This document shows positions 23,882 to 37,300 of a stretch of 54,503 bases of DNA, one piece after another. Source of the DNA: Catajapyx aquilonaris (Eukaryota); the NCBI GenBank assembly GCA_000934665.2, contig KZ538757.1, positions 1 to 54,503 of the forward strand. Reading direction: 5' to 3'. The notes beneath the pieces were generated by a model. The model made no database searches and had not been told where the DNA came from. It was given only the letters and a program-made list of their open reading frames with translations. Each line of letters opens with the position of its first letter. The stretch's first letter is position 1. A program made the translations under genes and the position numbers.

Positions 23882-24120
23882 CAGTGCTTCCCAAACTGTG
23901 AGTAGCAGCCCCAAATGAGGTGGCGAACATAATATTTGGGGTCACAAGGAGAGGGCAACAAATTATTGTTACACACACACACACATGATGATTCTATAGC
24001 TCTGGAAAAATATGCCTGTAAACGAGATGTGCTAATTTAGTGATTATATTGGAAGTGGGGGTTGCGAATTTTATGAGACGATTTTCTGGGATTGCCAACG
24101 AAAAAGATTGGGAAGCACTG
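23882..24120. mobile_element. hAT-type MITE
   Basis: CAGTGCTTCCCAA...TTGGGAAGCACTG. Confidence 0.8.
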
Positions 24121-24417
24121 ACTTAAGACTATCAGGATGCTCCATGGGGGGGAATGATCTTAGATTAGGTAAGATAGTATGTCTCCAGTAAAAGCATGCT
24201 CATTTCCAGTCTTGCCTCCAGTTTTCCCACCATGTTTACTTCAGAGTTTCCCTATCCTCGATCTTAATTTCTGGTGAAAATTCTAGGAAAATTCACTCTT
24301 CATCCTTCGCCACCGAAACAAACAATTCTAGTAGAAAACCAAATGACAAAAATTCCTCTATCAGCTGACAACATTAAAATGAAAATCTTTACAGGTTCTC
24401 AAAGTGAATGTTTAAAC

Positions 24418-25073
24418 CAGTGGTTCCCAAACTTTTTGTCCCATGGAGCCCTTTTTGCGAAAAAATTTGACAGTGGAGCCCCTGACATCCCTCCCTCTCT
24501 TCTATGTGGGCTTTAGGTAGGGCCTACATCGCAGGGGCGTAGAAAGAGGATTAGGGACCCGGGGCAATGGGGAAGAGGGATGAGGCGAGTGCAAACAAGC
24601 CCGGCGCAGGCGAAATTTATTGTTGTTCAAGGTCACACAAGCATAGGTGAATGTAACTGACTGAGTCTATCCCCGTCACCTTCATTCTCAATCATTCTGA
24701 ACCAGCTACAACACTAATTTCGCGTCCCGACATTTTTATGTAGTCTAGAAAAGTGTTCTGGTCTTTTAAAAAGGAGCATTTCGGGGTCTGCTCGATCGAA
24801 AACAAGCAATCCGCGAAATGCTCGTTTTTTTTCACTCAATTGCTGTTTTCGGTGTTTGAGCCAAACACATTACATTGAAGCAGTTGTTCCATGAAAAAAT
24901 GTCCAATAAACTAAAAATTTAGCCGCTGTTGTGTTCAAGGCCAGGTGGACAAGCGATTTTTTATTTTATTTTTTTTGCAAAAGTGCCATGTTATTCTCAA
25001 AGCTTCCGTGGAGCCATTTGTGGAGCTTTGCAGAGCCCCAAGGGCTCCGCGGAGCACAGTTTGGGAACCACTG
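24418..25073. mobile_element. hAT-type MITE
   Basis: CAGTGGTTCCCAAAC TIRs, TSD GTTTAAAC/GGTTAAAC. Confidence 0.85.
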
Positions 25074-25112
25074 GGTTAAACTATTGTGGTGGCTTACAAA
25101 TACCCCTTGCAC

Positions 25113-25392
25113 CGAAGTAAGTTAGTGTGGTGGTTAAGGAGCCCGACTGCTAATCAGGTGGTCCTGGGTTCGAATCCCAGGGACGGAAACCCTGACCGTG
25201 GTTTTCTGTGGTTTTCCACGGTCCCCCCAGGATAATTCCGGGGTTGGTTCCGTATAATAGGCCACAGCCGCTTCATTCCTTCCCTATCCTTGGCCCCATC
25301 CAATGGTGGTACTCCACCCCCCTAATGGAGCGCCGATTCTCCCAATGGGGTATAAATAATAATAATTAAAATTAAACATTTAATAAAAATTT
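25113..25392 (+). mobile_element. tRNA(Ser-GCT-like)-derived SINE family C; other copies at 27311-27611(+) and 34302-34574(-)
   Basis: gactgctaatc anticodon-like arm, GGTTCGAATCCC B box, TSD aatacccc(t/c)tgcac. Confidence 0.88.
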
Positions 25393-25887
25393 AATACCCC
25401 CTGCACGTGGACCCATTTGCAGTTACAAGAGTCCCTAATCCATTTACTTGTGCACCAATGTAAGCAAAAGATTGTTTTATTGCCATACAGGAACTTCCAG
25501 AAAGGCAGAGTTGAAAAATTGCAAATACGCGAATTTCAAACCCTAATTTTCACAACTCAGGAAAGAGAAATAAATTAGTTTCACTTGTATTTGTGTCATT
25601 ATTAGCTGAAATTTCCACAAAAAAAAAAAATCCCTGCAGTGACAAAAATTGATCTTTTGCCCTTCCAACTATACCTACTGGAAAATTGTCAAAGTGTATG
25701 TTATGTTACATCCTTTCAGGTTGTCAATCTCATTGGTACATTTTGTTTGCTATAACATAGCCTCTTCTAGGTACAGGGCCTGACAACAAGTGATCCTTCC
25801 CAGGTTTGGCCCTTTGTGGATACTAGTTCAGACTGGAAACTCAACATAAACATGTATTTGTAAACATCACCTATAGATACATTTTCT

Positions 25888-25998
25888 TTATGCAGCAGCT
25901 TCAACCTTACTCCAGCTGACACCCTTGAAGAATGGATGACTCTTGATAACATGGGCTCCATCACAGCCCATGCGCTCTGTTGGCTCATAGCACAGCAG
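25888..25998 (-). CDS. RPS6KC1: RPS6KC1-like exon 10 (terminal)
   Basis: ttacag|LLCYEPTERMGCDGAHVIKSHPFFKGVSWSKVEAAA*. Candidate AATAAA (minus strand) at 25476-25481. Confidence 0.88.
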   Translation of the reverse strand: MLCYEPTERMGCDGAHVIKSHPFFKGVSWSKVEAAA

Positions 25999-28900
25999 CT
26001 GTAATGGGTACAGTTATTTAAGTTGTGGGTTTAGTGAATCAAGGATGTGTCCTAGGATTGATTTTGATCATTTTTAGTGAGGTTGTTTCCCAATAATATT
26101 AGATTTATTTTTTTCATTACCCCTGTGGGCTTTACAGAGCCTTTGGGGGGCCAATAATATTAGATGAAAAAGTGAAACTCAGTGTTTTGCCTAATTAGAT
26201 CCACAACTGAGAAAACTGCGCTGAAAGTCACAATTTTGCAGTACTTATCAAACTTCATATAGCCACAGGATTAGTTAAAAGTATTTGGGTTTTATTTAAC
26301 TTTCCCAGCAAAACTATAAAATTAGTTAATTTTCAGCGTCACACAGTGATTGCTAAAGTTTGCATTGATTTAATTTTTGTGCCTTACAGCTCTCCCACTG
26401 TACTGTCCCATTTTACGAGTTGCTAAGTTGCTGCCTTGCTGCAAGCAGCATTTCAAAATGATTTATTTTATGAAATATCACTTTTCATGAACAATAAGCA
26501 ACTCTAAAAGTTGAGCATGTTCCAACATTGCCATTAAAAAATATAAGTATTCTCCTATGCTCTTTCTGTGGCCATGTGAAGATGCATAAATTGCTCGTTG
26601 TGACTGTCAGATCTTGAATTATAATATTAGTTGGGCATTTAATTAGGAAAAACTCAGCTCCACGTTTTCATCTAATATTATTAGGAACAACCCTACTAAA
26701 AATTATGGCAATATGAGCTGAAACCTTCCTGCAACCAAGCCTGCAACACATCCTCAGTCCATTACAAACTAGAGTACTTCAGCAAGACTTTTAAAACCTC
26801 TTTAATTAATATTAAGTAAAGAATAGTTATATGCATTCTCTTCATTGCATATAATCAAAAAGTAAATGAAATACAGAGTAAGCATTGCTAATGCGTGATC
26901 CATACTTTTGTTATGTGATAAATGGTGTTCTGCAATAACACAAACAAACTAATCTTGTGCTGCAAATTCTTATGAACTGCAGGATCACTTTATGCAAGGC
27001 TGTCATTTGTCCTTGCCTTAGCAATTGATTGTGTAGTATACAATATCCTGAAGGTTTGCATCTCACCACACATTAAACACGTCTAAAACTATGCATCATC
27101 CACAGATGATGTATCCACAGAGCAAGCAGAGGGTTAGGAGAAGGATGCAGGTAATTTGGATACCAAGGGTAGACCAAAGTGGCAGGTGCAGACACCCAAT
27201 TTCCAATGGGAACCAGTCCGATCTGGTTGCTCTTTCAAACAGGAAGTGCATAATTATGTGAGGGGGCACTCCCGAACTTACTATCCGTTTATTTAATATA
27301 GAGCCCTGTGACCGAAGCAGTAGTGTTGGAGTGGATATGGTGTCCGACTGCTAATCGGGAGGTCCTGGGTTCGAATCCCGGAGGCCGGCGATCCTGACCT
27401 TGGTTTTCTGTGGTTTCCCAACGTCGCCCCAGGAAAAATTTCCGGGATCGTACCGCAAAACAGGCCACAGCCGCTTCCTTCCTTTCCCTGCCCTGGAGGC
27501 GGTGCGGGTCAGTGGGGGTTTCTGACTCGCATCCAGGGGGTCATCTTGGCGAACGGGTCCCCTGAGGGACTGCACACGACCCCCAACTTGATGACATTGC
27601 CCCTCACAACACAATTTTATTCGGTCAAGAAAGCCATTAAGAATAAATGTGTCCTCTACATAAAATGACCGAAATTGTTATTTTAAAAATGGCTATTTGC
27701 TCCACGCTATATATATCTTACATTGTGAACGGTCGCCATTTTTAAAATAACATTTTCCCGTCGTTTCATGTAGAGGACACATTCGTTTTGAATAACTTCC
27801 TAGACCAAACAAAATTGACTTGGAATGATTTGGGTTGCATGTTTTATTAAGGCTCTCCATACATATATTGGATTCACGGCCTCCATTTTTAAAATAACAA
27901 TTTTCGGTCATTTTATGTAGAGGACACATTTATTCTCAATGGCTTTCTTGACCGAATAAAATTGTCTTGGGATGATTTAGGCTGTATGTTTTACTATGGT
28001 TCTCTATACATATATGGGATTCACTGCTGCCATGTTCTTCCAATGACTCATTCACATGCACATTCTATCAAAATGTGCTCCTTGAATGAAAATTTTGAAA
28101 ATTCATGCACTTCCCAGGTCACAATTGAACTGGGGACTTCTGACCCGCTTTTTCCGATTCTGCCGAACTGTGCAGTGGTGCCAATTCCATGGACGTTTAC
28201 AACAAAGTAAAATAATTTCAGGTTTTTAAATGAGACCCTTACTGGCACCCCTGCGCCCCTTGCGGGAAGAGTTGGTGAGAAGAATGGGGGATGGCAAATT
28301 TCAACACTGAGACCGGGGATAATGGGCCAAGTACGTCAGACGAAAGGGTCAGGAAGAATGAAACCAATATGTTTTCATCATCTGCTACTACAGACACTGC
28401 AGAGTTCTATGGACGTTTGTAACGACGGGGGGCATTATGCACAGATAGAAAGACCTGGTCAAAACTTGAGCTAGTAATTTACACACATATGCGAGTGCAT
28501 GCGAGTAAAGGATGTACGTTGGGAATAGGCCTTTTCGGAAGATGTTGGTTTGTAAACCGATCGCTGAAGGCAGCACAATTTTTTAGTTTAAGGTCATAAA
28601 ATAAGAGATCAAAATGCATGCCATTTATTGCCGGATGTTTGGGGATGTGTTGTTAGATAAGCAGCACGGTGAGGCAGCCAAAATTATTGCGGGACTATCG
28701 CAGGGGATATGCTTTTTCTTCTGTTAGGGGAAAATACTGTCGTGACACAGTGTGCACCACAAATGAGGAAACTACGATAAATGCAGCCCACCATAATTGT
28801 TACGTTTCTCTTCATCACATATTGTGGTCGAATTTTGAACGGCTTCTAATACGAAATCAGGGATATGTCAATGCACTTTTAAACGTAGGAACAGGTGGAA

Positions 28901-31849
28901 GTGGGGAGTGGTACATATGATTGGGGGATGGGCATCATCATTGGCTATAAGTCCAAATCGTTTAAAAATAAGGTGTCACCGCAGGCCACGGGCCTAGGAA
29001 AATGCGAGCGAAGTGAGGATTTTTCTAGTTTCCATTTACAGTAAACTGCTTGCACTAAATTATTTATTACTACATATCTACTGCCACACTAGTAGTTTTA
29101 CGGGAGGTCAAAAATATTAGTACCTGAGGATACCTTGAATGCAGTCTAGTGGAACATAATGGCATGCAGTACAAGCTGCCCAGTGGCTACCTTGATGCAT
29201 TCATTATAAGCAGCTATTGTGCACAGTGACTCTCAGTTGATATCAATGGTATTTGATATTGACCTCATGTAGGCCCTGATTTGAAATAGATTCTCAAGAT
29301 TATGCCATTGGGAATGACCCAATTGTACACTGTACAGTAATCACTGATATCAAAGATCAGTGGTTGAACCCATTCTTTTTCAGGCTGGAACATCCTGCAG
29401 CAATTAAGAAGAATGCCTCACTCAAACAAAGCAACTGATATTTTTGATAATCCATAAGAGCAACTGTTTGAAAATACAGTCTGCTTGATAATATGGTGCT
29501 AGAGGTCTAAAAGTAGCTAAAGGCCTGACTCCAAGCAAGCTGGAAGCGATATAAAACCAGGCTGGCAAGCTCAGTCCACAGGTTGAGCATGCTAGAGCCA
29601 AGCAGGTAAACAGCTGTGTTGATAGAAAAAAGCAGCTGGGAGAAGGTGCGGGCTCGCAAATATGTGCTTAGAAGTCTGGGGGATGAAGGAGCCAGTATTT
29701 GGACCTTTAGGGGGCACAGTGTCTCTGTCAGGTAGCTGTTGGTGTGGCAGCATGGATGGGGGTTGAGCCCACTATGCATGACTGGTGGCCAGGAATAAAA
29801 GCTGATTGGCCAGCCCGAGGGTGGATAAAACAAGTGAGACTGATGCTCAGCATAAGCAAACATTAAATGTAACACACATGTGCACTCCCCTTCTGGGCTG
29901 TACAGGGGGAATACTTCCTGCCCACTTTTAATCAGATCTTAACTACTATGGTTAATTTAGTTGGACTGCACTGTATACATTTTACACCTTTAGAAAAAAG
30001 TTTACGAGGCTACCCTCTGGTCTTTCTCCAGCTACAATCACTATTAAATGTTTATCCTACCTTCCGAAGAAATGAATAAGCCTCTTCTGAAACTTTTGAT
30101 GGCACATTTAGCACTGTGTGAGCGTGGATCCCTCCAGGATGGCATGATGCAAGGCTCCTGCCAGTGAGTAGCTCAAATAAAAGGGCACCCAGGCTCCACC
30201 AATCACACACGAAGTCCACAACCATTCCAGGTCGACTCACTTCGGGAGCAGCATACAGCTGTTCCACCGACTTCCTATCTATAGGTGTATCCACACAGCA
30301 CCACTGGCTCATGTAGGACAGGAGAAGCTGCCCATGATCTCCAAGGAGGAGGTTTGCAGGTTTAAGGTCCCTGTAGAACAATGACATTTATCATCACTAT
30401 TCCTGCTCTCACCCAATGTATCCCTCCTGCTCTCTCCATCCATCTCTCTCTCCTGCATGTAATACACATAAAAATTAACAAGCAATCACAATTCCATATG
30501 AGGGATCACAGAAGTCCCTTCTCAAATTTTCTTAGAGGAGGATGGGTACAGAGGGACATGTAGTCACGAAACAAAGTGAACATATTTTGAGAGCGTACTC
30601 AAGTGGTATTCATGGAATGTAATTTTGAATATGCATGAGAAAATGTTTCAGCACTTCTTTTGGATCTCCTAAAGTAAAATTATTTTTAATATGCTAGTTC
30701 AGCAGTTCCCAAAATGTGGGGCGCGCCCCACTAGTGGGGCGCGAGACGATTTCTGGTGGGGCGTGGAAGGTTTTGAAATTTGAAAATTTTGCATTATAAG
30801 TATGAAGACCTGAAATGATCACCATAATTATGGCATATGCTAAGTTCTAGGGACAGGCGTGGTTGACTCGAAATTATATTCCATTTATACAGGGTGTTTC
30901 AACTTTTTTGTCCTAACAGTTATCGGAAAATTGCATGTAGCTGCTACTTTTTAAGCAGTGACTTGCAACCGGTGATTTGTCGGAGGAATGGGGAAAAAGA
31001 GGGTCACACATCCCATGGCATGTGTGACCCTCATTTTTCCAGGCTTGACCCTCAATTTTCAGCGGGCCGCACGTATGCCACTTCAACCTACGATTCACAG
31101 GGAATATTCCCCTTTCCTCCGAAACATCAAGGTTTGCAAATCACTGCTTACAAAGTAGCAGCTACGTGCAATTTTCCAATAACTGTTTGGACAAAAAAGT
31201 TGAAACACCCTGTATATTTTAAAACGTAGTAGGCCTAATAATGATGATGATAAGAGTCATACATACTCCCCCCCCCCCACCCACCCCCCCATAAAAGTTC
31301 GGTGGGTCGCGAAAATTTGTAGTTGTAAATAGTGGGTCGCGGTTCAGAAAAGTTTGGGAACCGCTGTGCTAGTTGATACACTCAGATTATCAAATATCTG
31401 ATGATATACAGTTGAATCCGGATATTACAGTGTCGGCTATAACAGACTCAAAAGGTCGATCCCGACAAACCTCCACATATGGCTTTTGTATTTGGCTATA
31501 ACAGACCTTGGTTATAACAGACTGATTTCTGCAGGCCCCTGATGTCTGTTACACCCAGATTCAACTGTGTTATTCATTGTGCATGGATAAAGTTCCGATT
31601 AATGTGAAAAGCTACAGAGGCAGTATGGAATGCTCTCTAACCATAACTCTCTAGTTCTAATCACTGGTTTTCTGTATCCTGTATTGGTTGGAGTAAATAA
31701 TCCATACTTTCTTCACTCCCACTACCACCAATCCCAGTGGTTCAAGGATTCTGGTTAGCAAGTGTTCCCTTTCCCTTGGTATCAAGATCTAGAGTATTCT
31801 AGATCTTGCTTGGTATAGACAATCTTGCAGCTAGAACTGTATTACTTTA

Positions 31850-31909
<60 letters not shown>

Positions 31910-33802
31910 CCAGTGATAGGGCGGAGCCCTTTTAGGGGGGAAGGGGAGGTTCCCGAGGGAGGACGCTGTAATTATAGTCATTTCTGACTTTCTGAAATAC
32001 ACCAGACCTTTTCTCCTGGCCCTGGGCAGAGTAGGGAGTGCAATTCTGCCCCGGCATGTCGGGTGAAAAGCGGAAAAAGACCCGGCCAAGTAGAGGTGAC
32101 GGAGAAGGGATTTGAACCTCGGCCTCCCGCTTGGCTGGCCAGTGGCGTAACCACCAGATCCACCATGCCTCCCAGAACTGTATTACTTTTCATAGAGTCA
32201 ACATATTACCTGCTATCTGATAGAGAAAAACTTAAACACACATGGTAGATCTTGTAGGGCGGTTTGTAATTTTATCACATTTATCCTAACCTGCTATTCT
32301 ATGGGCCAAAAGAATTTCAAAATTTAAAAGACCCACATGTGGTCCAGAGCTCTGCGTGTGAATTAATCAGTCCCATTTTTAAATTTTTTTTATTTACCCC
32401 GTGATACAACTTTTCTAAGTCATTATAGGGGGGGGGGGGGNGGTGTGGCATACCACCATCAGTTTTCTGGGATTTTTCTACTTCGCTCACCATGCAAGGA
32501 CTTCAGGATGTAGGGTAGCGATAGGGATTGTTGGGGAGGGGACACTTGTGCAGGTGCAATGTCTTAAAACATTTGGGCCATGTGCAGTCCCCCAGGAGGT
32601 TAGGTTGCCAGACACCTCCTTTGGTGCAGGTCAGAGACCCTCCTGACGCAGGTGAAAGGAAAGTTCCCCAGGCGGGGATCGAACCTGGGACCTTTCACTC
32701 AGCAAGTCAAGACGTTACCATCTCGGCCACACCTCCCCCAGTCCCATTATTAATCATTGAATACAGTAAAACCTTGATACAGTGAAACCTGCCCATTACG
32801 GACCCTGGGTATAACGGAAACCTATCCACTGCGAAATAATTTCTGGGAACGAGCATGTGCATAGGCAGGGATGGAAAAAGAACTGCAACCTTCCTATCAG
32901 AACCGCTTCTTACGGCTTTCACTACCGACAACCACTTCGCAAAATGTGGAAGCGCTTAAATACCACTACCGCTTTCAGAAGCTATTCAACAATATTCTGT
33001 TGCAACCGGGATCCGGACATCTGGCCCCCGCAGTTTCGCCCCAGGTCTTCTGGCCCCCGGCATACTGGCCCCCGTGACCGTTTCGCCCCCCGGCGTATTC
33101 GCCCCCGTGACATATTCCACTTTGAAGCAATCTACTGGGCATTTCTAGAAAAGTGACCTAGACGTGTGTGTAGCCTGGCAACGGCGGGGGTGGGCGCTGA
33201 TTGGCTCGCTGAATGTTATTGTGGAAGGGATGGAGTTGCCCTTTGTCTTGGTGATGCTGTATGGCTTTTTGTTACCGCAACAGTACTGTCCATTCTTGTG
33301 GCCCTGCCAGGCACGGTACGTTGCCTGTGCATGATATTTTTAGTGGGCGCTTATTGTGGGTTTCTGTATACGCAACATTTACTGTCCGTCTTGTGGCGCC
33401 GCAGGCCAACAAATGTTACTGTGGCTTTGCCCACCACGACACACTGAGGGATGGAGTTGCCCTTTGTCTTGGTGATGCTTATTATGGGTTTTGTCCTTGA
33501 GCATTCCATCAATAGTAATTGTTGTCCATTCGAACAATTAGAGGAATTATTTTTATGCACGAGGATGCGTCTCCCCTTAATAACCCCCTTAATAACAGGA
33601 GTACCAATGCCAACAAAGCTGATTTCTTGTACCCTGGCAACGGAAGTTCCGAACATAAGAAATAGTCGACAATATGCCGGGGGCCAGAAGACCAGGGGCG
33701 AAACGCCGGGGGCCAGATGTCCAAGACCCGTTGCAACCGGTTCTCACTCAGTTGCAAATCTACAAATCGCTGCGAGAAGCGCTTCTGTGGGTTTGCTAGA
33801 AC

Positions 33803-33882
<80 letters not shown>

Positions 33883-34230
33883 GGGGGAGACGGAGTGGCG
33901 CCGCGGTAACGTGTGCGCCCACGGATGTTAAGGTCCCGGGATCAAATCCCGCCCGGGGACACCCCCTTCATCTCGTGCAGAGTGTGGGTCGTCTCTGGCT
34001 TCGTTTCTGGGTGGAATATCCTACAGACAAATCCACCCGGGGGAGTTCACAAAATGACCTCGTACAGCATTGCACTGCACTGCACTTGCACATCCCCTCC
34101 AGTCATCCCCTATCGCTCGCGGTACCCGGGCGTTACGGAAAAAGGACCAAAAATGTAGCTGTACACTTAAAAAGCAAATAAAGGTACCGTGCCAGATGCC
34201 CATCAATGGGCGGTGCACTAACCCAATTAT

Positions 34231-34301
<71 letters not shown>

Positions 34302-37300
34302 TCATACCCCATTATCAGCCGGCAGCTCTTTCGGGGGGAAATTTTTGTTTTGACTGGAACTCTTTGCTTTCATTTTACTTTGCTTTTTGGGATAGGATAG
34401 GGACGGAAGGAAGCGGCTGTGGCCTGTTGTTACGGAAACGACCCCAGAATTATCCTGGAAGGACCGTGGGAAACCACAGAAAACCACGGTCAGGGTCGCC
34501 GTCTCCGGGATTCGAACCCAGGACCTCCCGATTAGCAGGCGGACTCCATATCCACTACACCAACCTGCTTCGGTCTACTATGCCTAATGGAAAATCCGGC
34601 GCTGGTCGTATTGGATGTAATGCTCCCGTCGGGAATGAGCCACGAAGCCGAGCGCCCCCAACCGAACTCATTTCTACCGATCTCGTGACTACGCTCCCTG
34701 CGATTGGTTTCGGCATGACCAGTATACAGGTCCTGGCCTCTCCGGGACCCCCGCGTCCGGACCGGGTGCCACCCACGGCCCACGGCCGATCTTGCAGGCT
34801 GACGAGTTGGATGCCTTGTTGTCAGCGCCGGATTTCCCATTAGGCACAGTAGGCACTAGCATAGGGGTGGCCGCGAGTTTCAATAAATAATATTTCTCAA
34901 ATACAATAATAGGAAATGAAGGCGAGATCACAAAGTTGTAAGGGGCCAGATGACAAGTCATTAGCCCTAGACCCAAGGGACCCCCTCACCCCTAATCCTG
35001 ACCCAGAATAGACTGCTTTTAACATATGTAGCGAAAGCCGGATGGGGCAGATGACTAGTCCGTACTGTGTACAATCAAGAGCTCTTGATACAATTAATGA
35101 AATAATAAGCTCAGGTTCCATGTCGAGTGGGGCCAGAGCCAGCCCTAGGGGAGGGCAACAGGGGCCCCTGCCCCAGGCCCCACGATTCGGAAGACCATGG
35201 GTAATACCGTAAATGTCCAAAACTGAGAAAGCCCCACACATTGTGATTCCTTTATTGGCCCACTTAAGAAACCATACTTTCTTGCATCATAATGAAAGGT
35301 TTTTGAAACTAACACACATGAAGACCTACTTTGGTTATTTTTAAGAACTTTCATTATACACGATTAGTAGAAGGAAATTTCCTGGGCCCTTCGTTCAGCA
35401 CTTCGGCTTCGATAAGAGAAGCTAGGCACCCTTGATCATCTCTGTGGGATTTCCCCCACTAATTACTGCCAGGCCCTGCACTGCCAAATGTCAATTATTT
35501 TGAAATTTTTAGTTATACTGAATATCCACTTTTTCATTTTTTGCTACGTATCCGAATTCAGCCATGCCAATTATCTACCTGATGTGTGTATTTTATCAGC
35601 GAAACTTCGACAATTTCATATCACAAAGGGAAAAAATATTTCAACATGTCCTGCCTATAGATAGGTCCTTGACCCTTTCTGCATACGTTTTCACTTCTAA
35701 GAAATGACCCTTGCTTGAAAGGACCCCCTGTTGATCGTAGGAAATGGTTAGGCTACTATATGGGATCACTTTACTGGCCCACTATACTGGGAACCGACGG
35801 AAAATATCAGCCGCATTTCCTTTCTCTCATTCTTCCCATATTTTGGTTTTACACTGGGGCCTCACAGAGATCTTGGTGCAGATAGCAAGGCAGATAGTCG
35901 CGGATTTTCCAAGTGATCAGTTGCTTGTGTCATGTGTGTCGAAAGGGTAGTTTGGAGAACCAGTGCATATATCTGTGATGGCTGTAGTGACAAGAGGAGG
36001 AGAAAAGTGGATGCAGAGGACACGACCTAAAATTAACCCTCACCAGATTTAGTGAAGTTGGCTGCGCGAAAAGTGCAACTTTTTGCACGGAAGTGTTTCG
36101 TGAAGAGCGCAGGGATTAGCACACTTGCTCTAGGCCTCTTTCAAAAGGTTTTGTGAATGGAATGAGCACAGTGAGTAATTAGACACTTACTGGCAGTTAT
36201 GTCAAGCTGGGAAAGAGACAGATGCAGAAAATATGTGTCAGGCTAGGAAAGTGGCCTTTATGTACAGCCCAGCATTTGAGCATCCACCATAAGCAGATAA
36301 GAGCACAAAACCGTCAATAATAATAATTCAAGATCTGAATAAAAATAATTTATCTTCACTTTCAACAGCTTTGAGCTAATCTAGGAAAACGATGGAATCT
36401 TGCAATGGTTTCTTATAGGAATCAAGATTTTAGAAACCAAATCAAATCCAATAACCATTTTTGGAGCATATTCAGCACCATTCAATGAGGCTCTCTTTGC
36501 TTTTTCATAATTGCTAATAACTCAAAATCTATTTTTTTTAAAGAATCGCATCTTCCATTTTGCTATTCTATGTAAAAACTGCTAATAATTATTATTATTA
36601 GAAGTTTTTCGCATATAAATATCCGAGTTTTTACATAGAAAAGCAAAATGGAAGACTCGATTATTTTTAAAAAAATTAGGATTTGATTTTGAGTTATTAG
36701 CAATGCAGTTTTTCGCATATAAAACCACGTTTATATACAAAGGACCTGGTGCAGAACTAATGAATTATGCTGTAAGTTAATAAGTCCGCCAACAAAATTA
36801 CCTGGTTACGTAACTCGAATTGCACAGAAATTTACTCATTGAGAAATAGGCCCCACATTTCGTTCTTGCCCTAGCCCCCCCGTGGGGGCCTTCTAGTACA
36901 AGTTTCTCCAGGGCCCCAACACCCCTCAATCCGGGCTTGCCTCTATTTACAATGCCCTGCAAGATGGGTGCTCCGGAAGTTAATTGTCTCTAGCGGTCAA
37001 GGTGGCAGGTGGTGGCAGCTAGCTTTGGTTCTTCCCAGTCATGAGATCCTCCCGCTTTTTAGAGGCTGTAAATTTAAAAATCTGCATTTATCTGAAATTT
37101 TGAAGGTCTGAATTTAGTGGAAAATTGACTGAAATGACCCCTTTTCAATAACCTTCATTTATAGGCTTACGTTAGTAAATTTTTATAGAGGGTCACATTA
37201 TGACTCCTTATACATATGCATTTGCATGACAATGTGGTGCAGCTCAAATTGCTGTTTTTTTTATTTATTTATTTTTTAATTGTTACCCCGTGCTCGAGCC

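Noticed and set aside
25113..25190. tRNA-Ser(GCT)-like sequence, and similar heads at 11631, 14331, 27311, 32100 and 37480
   Set aside because: No acceptor-stem pairing or poly-T terminator. Each continues into a shared repeat body and most have TSDs, so they are SINE heads rather than tRNA genes.
33451..34400. ORFs with poly-I, poly-N or poly-L tracts (also 47-289, 20102-20416, 31847-32089)
   Set aside because: These are translations of (AAT)n or (TTG)n microsatellites and SINEs.
35720..36030. Possible piggyBac transposase C-terminus (CVMC...YICDGC)
   Set aside because: Too degraded and no matching termini found, so it is not called as a feature.
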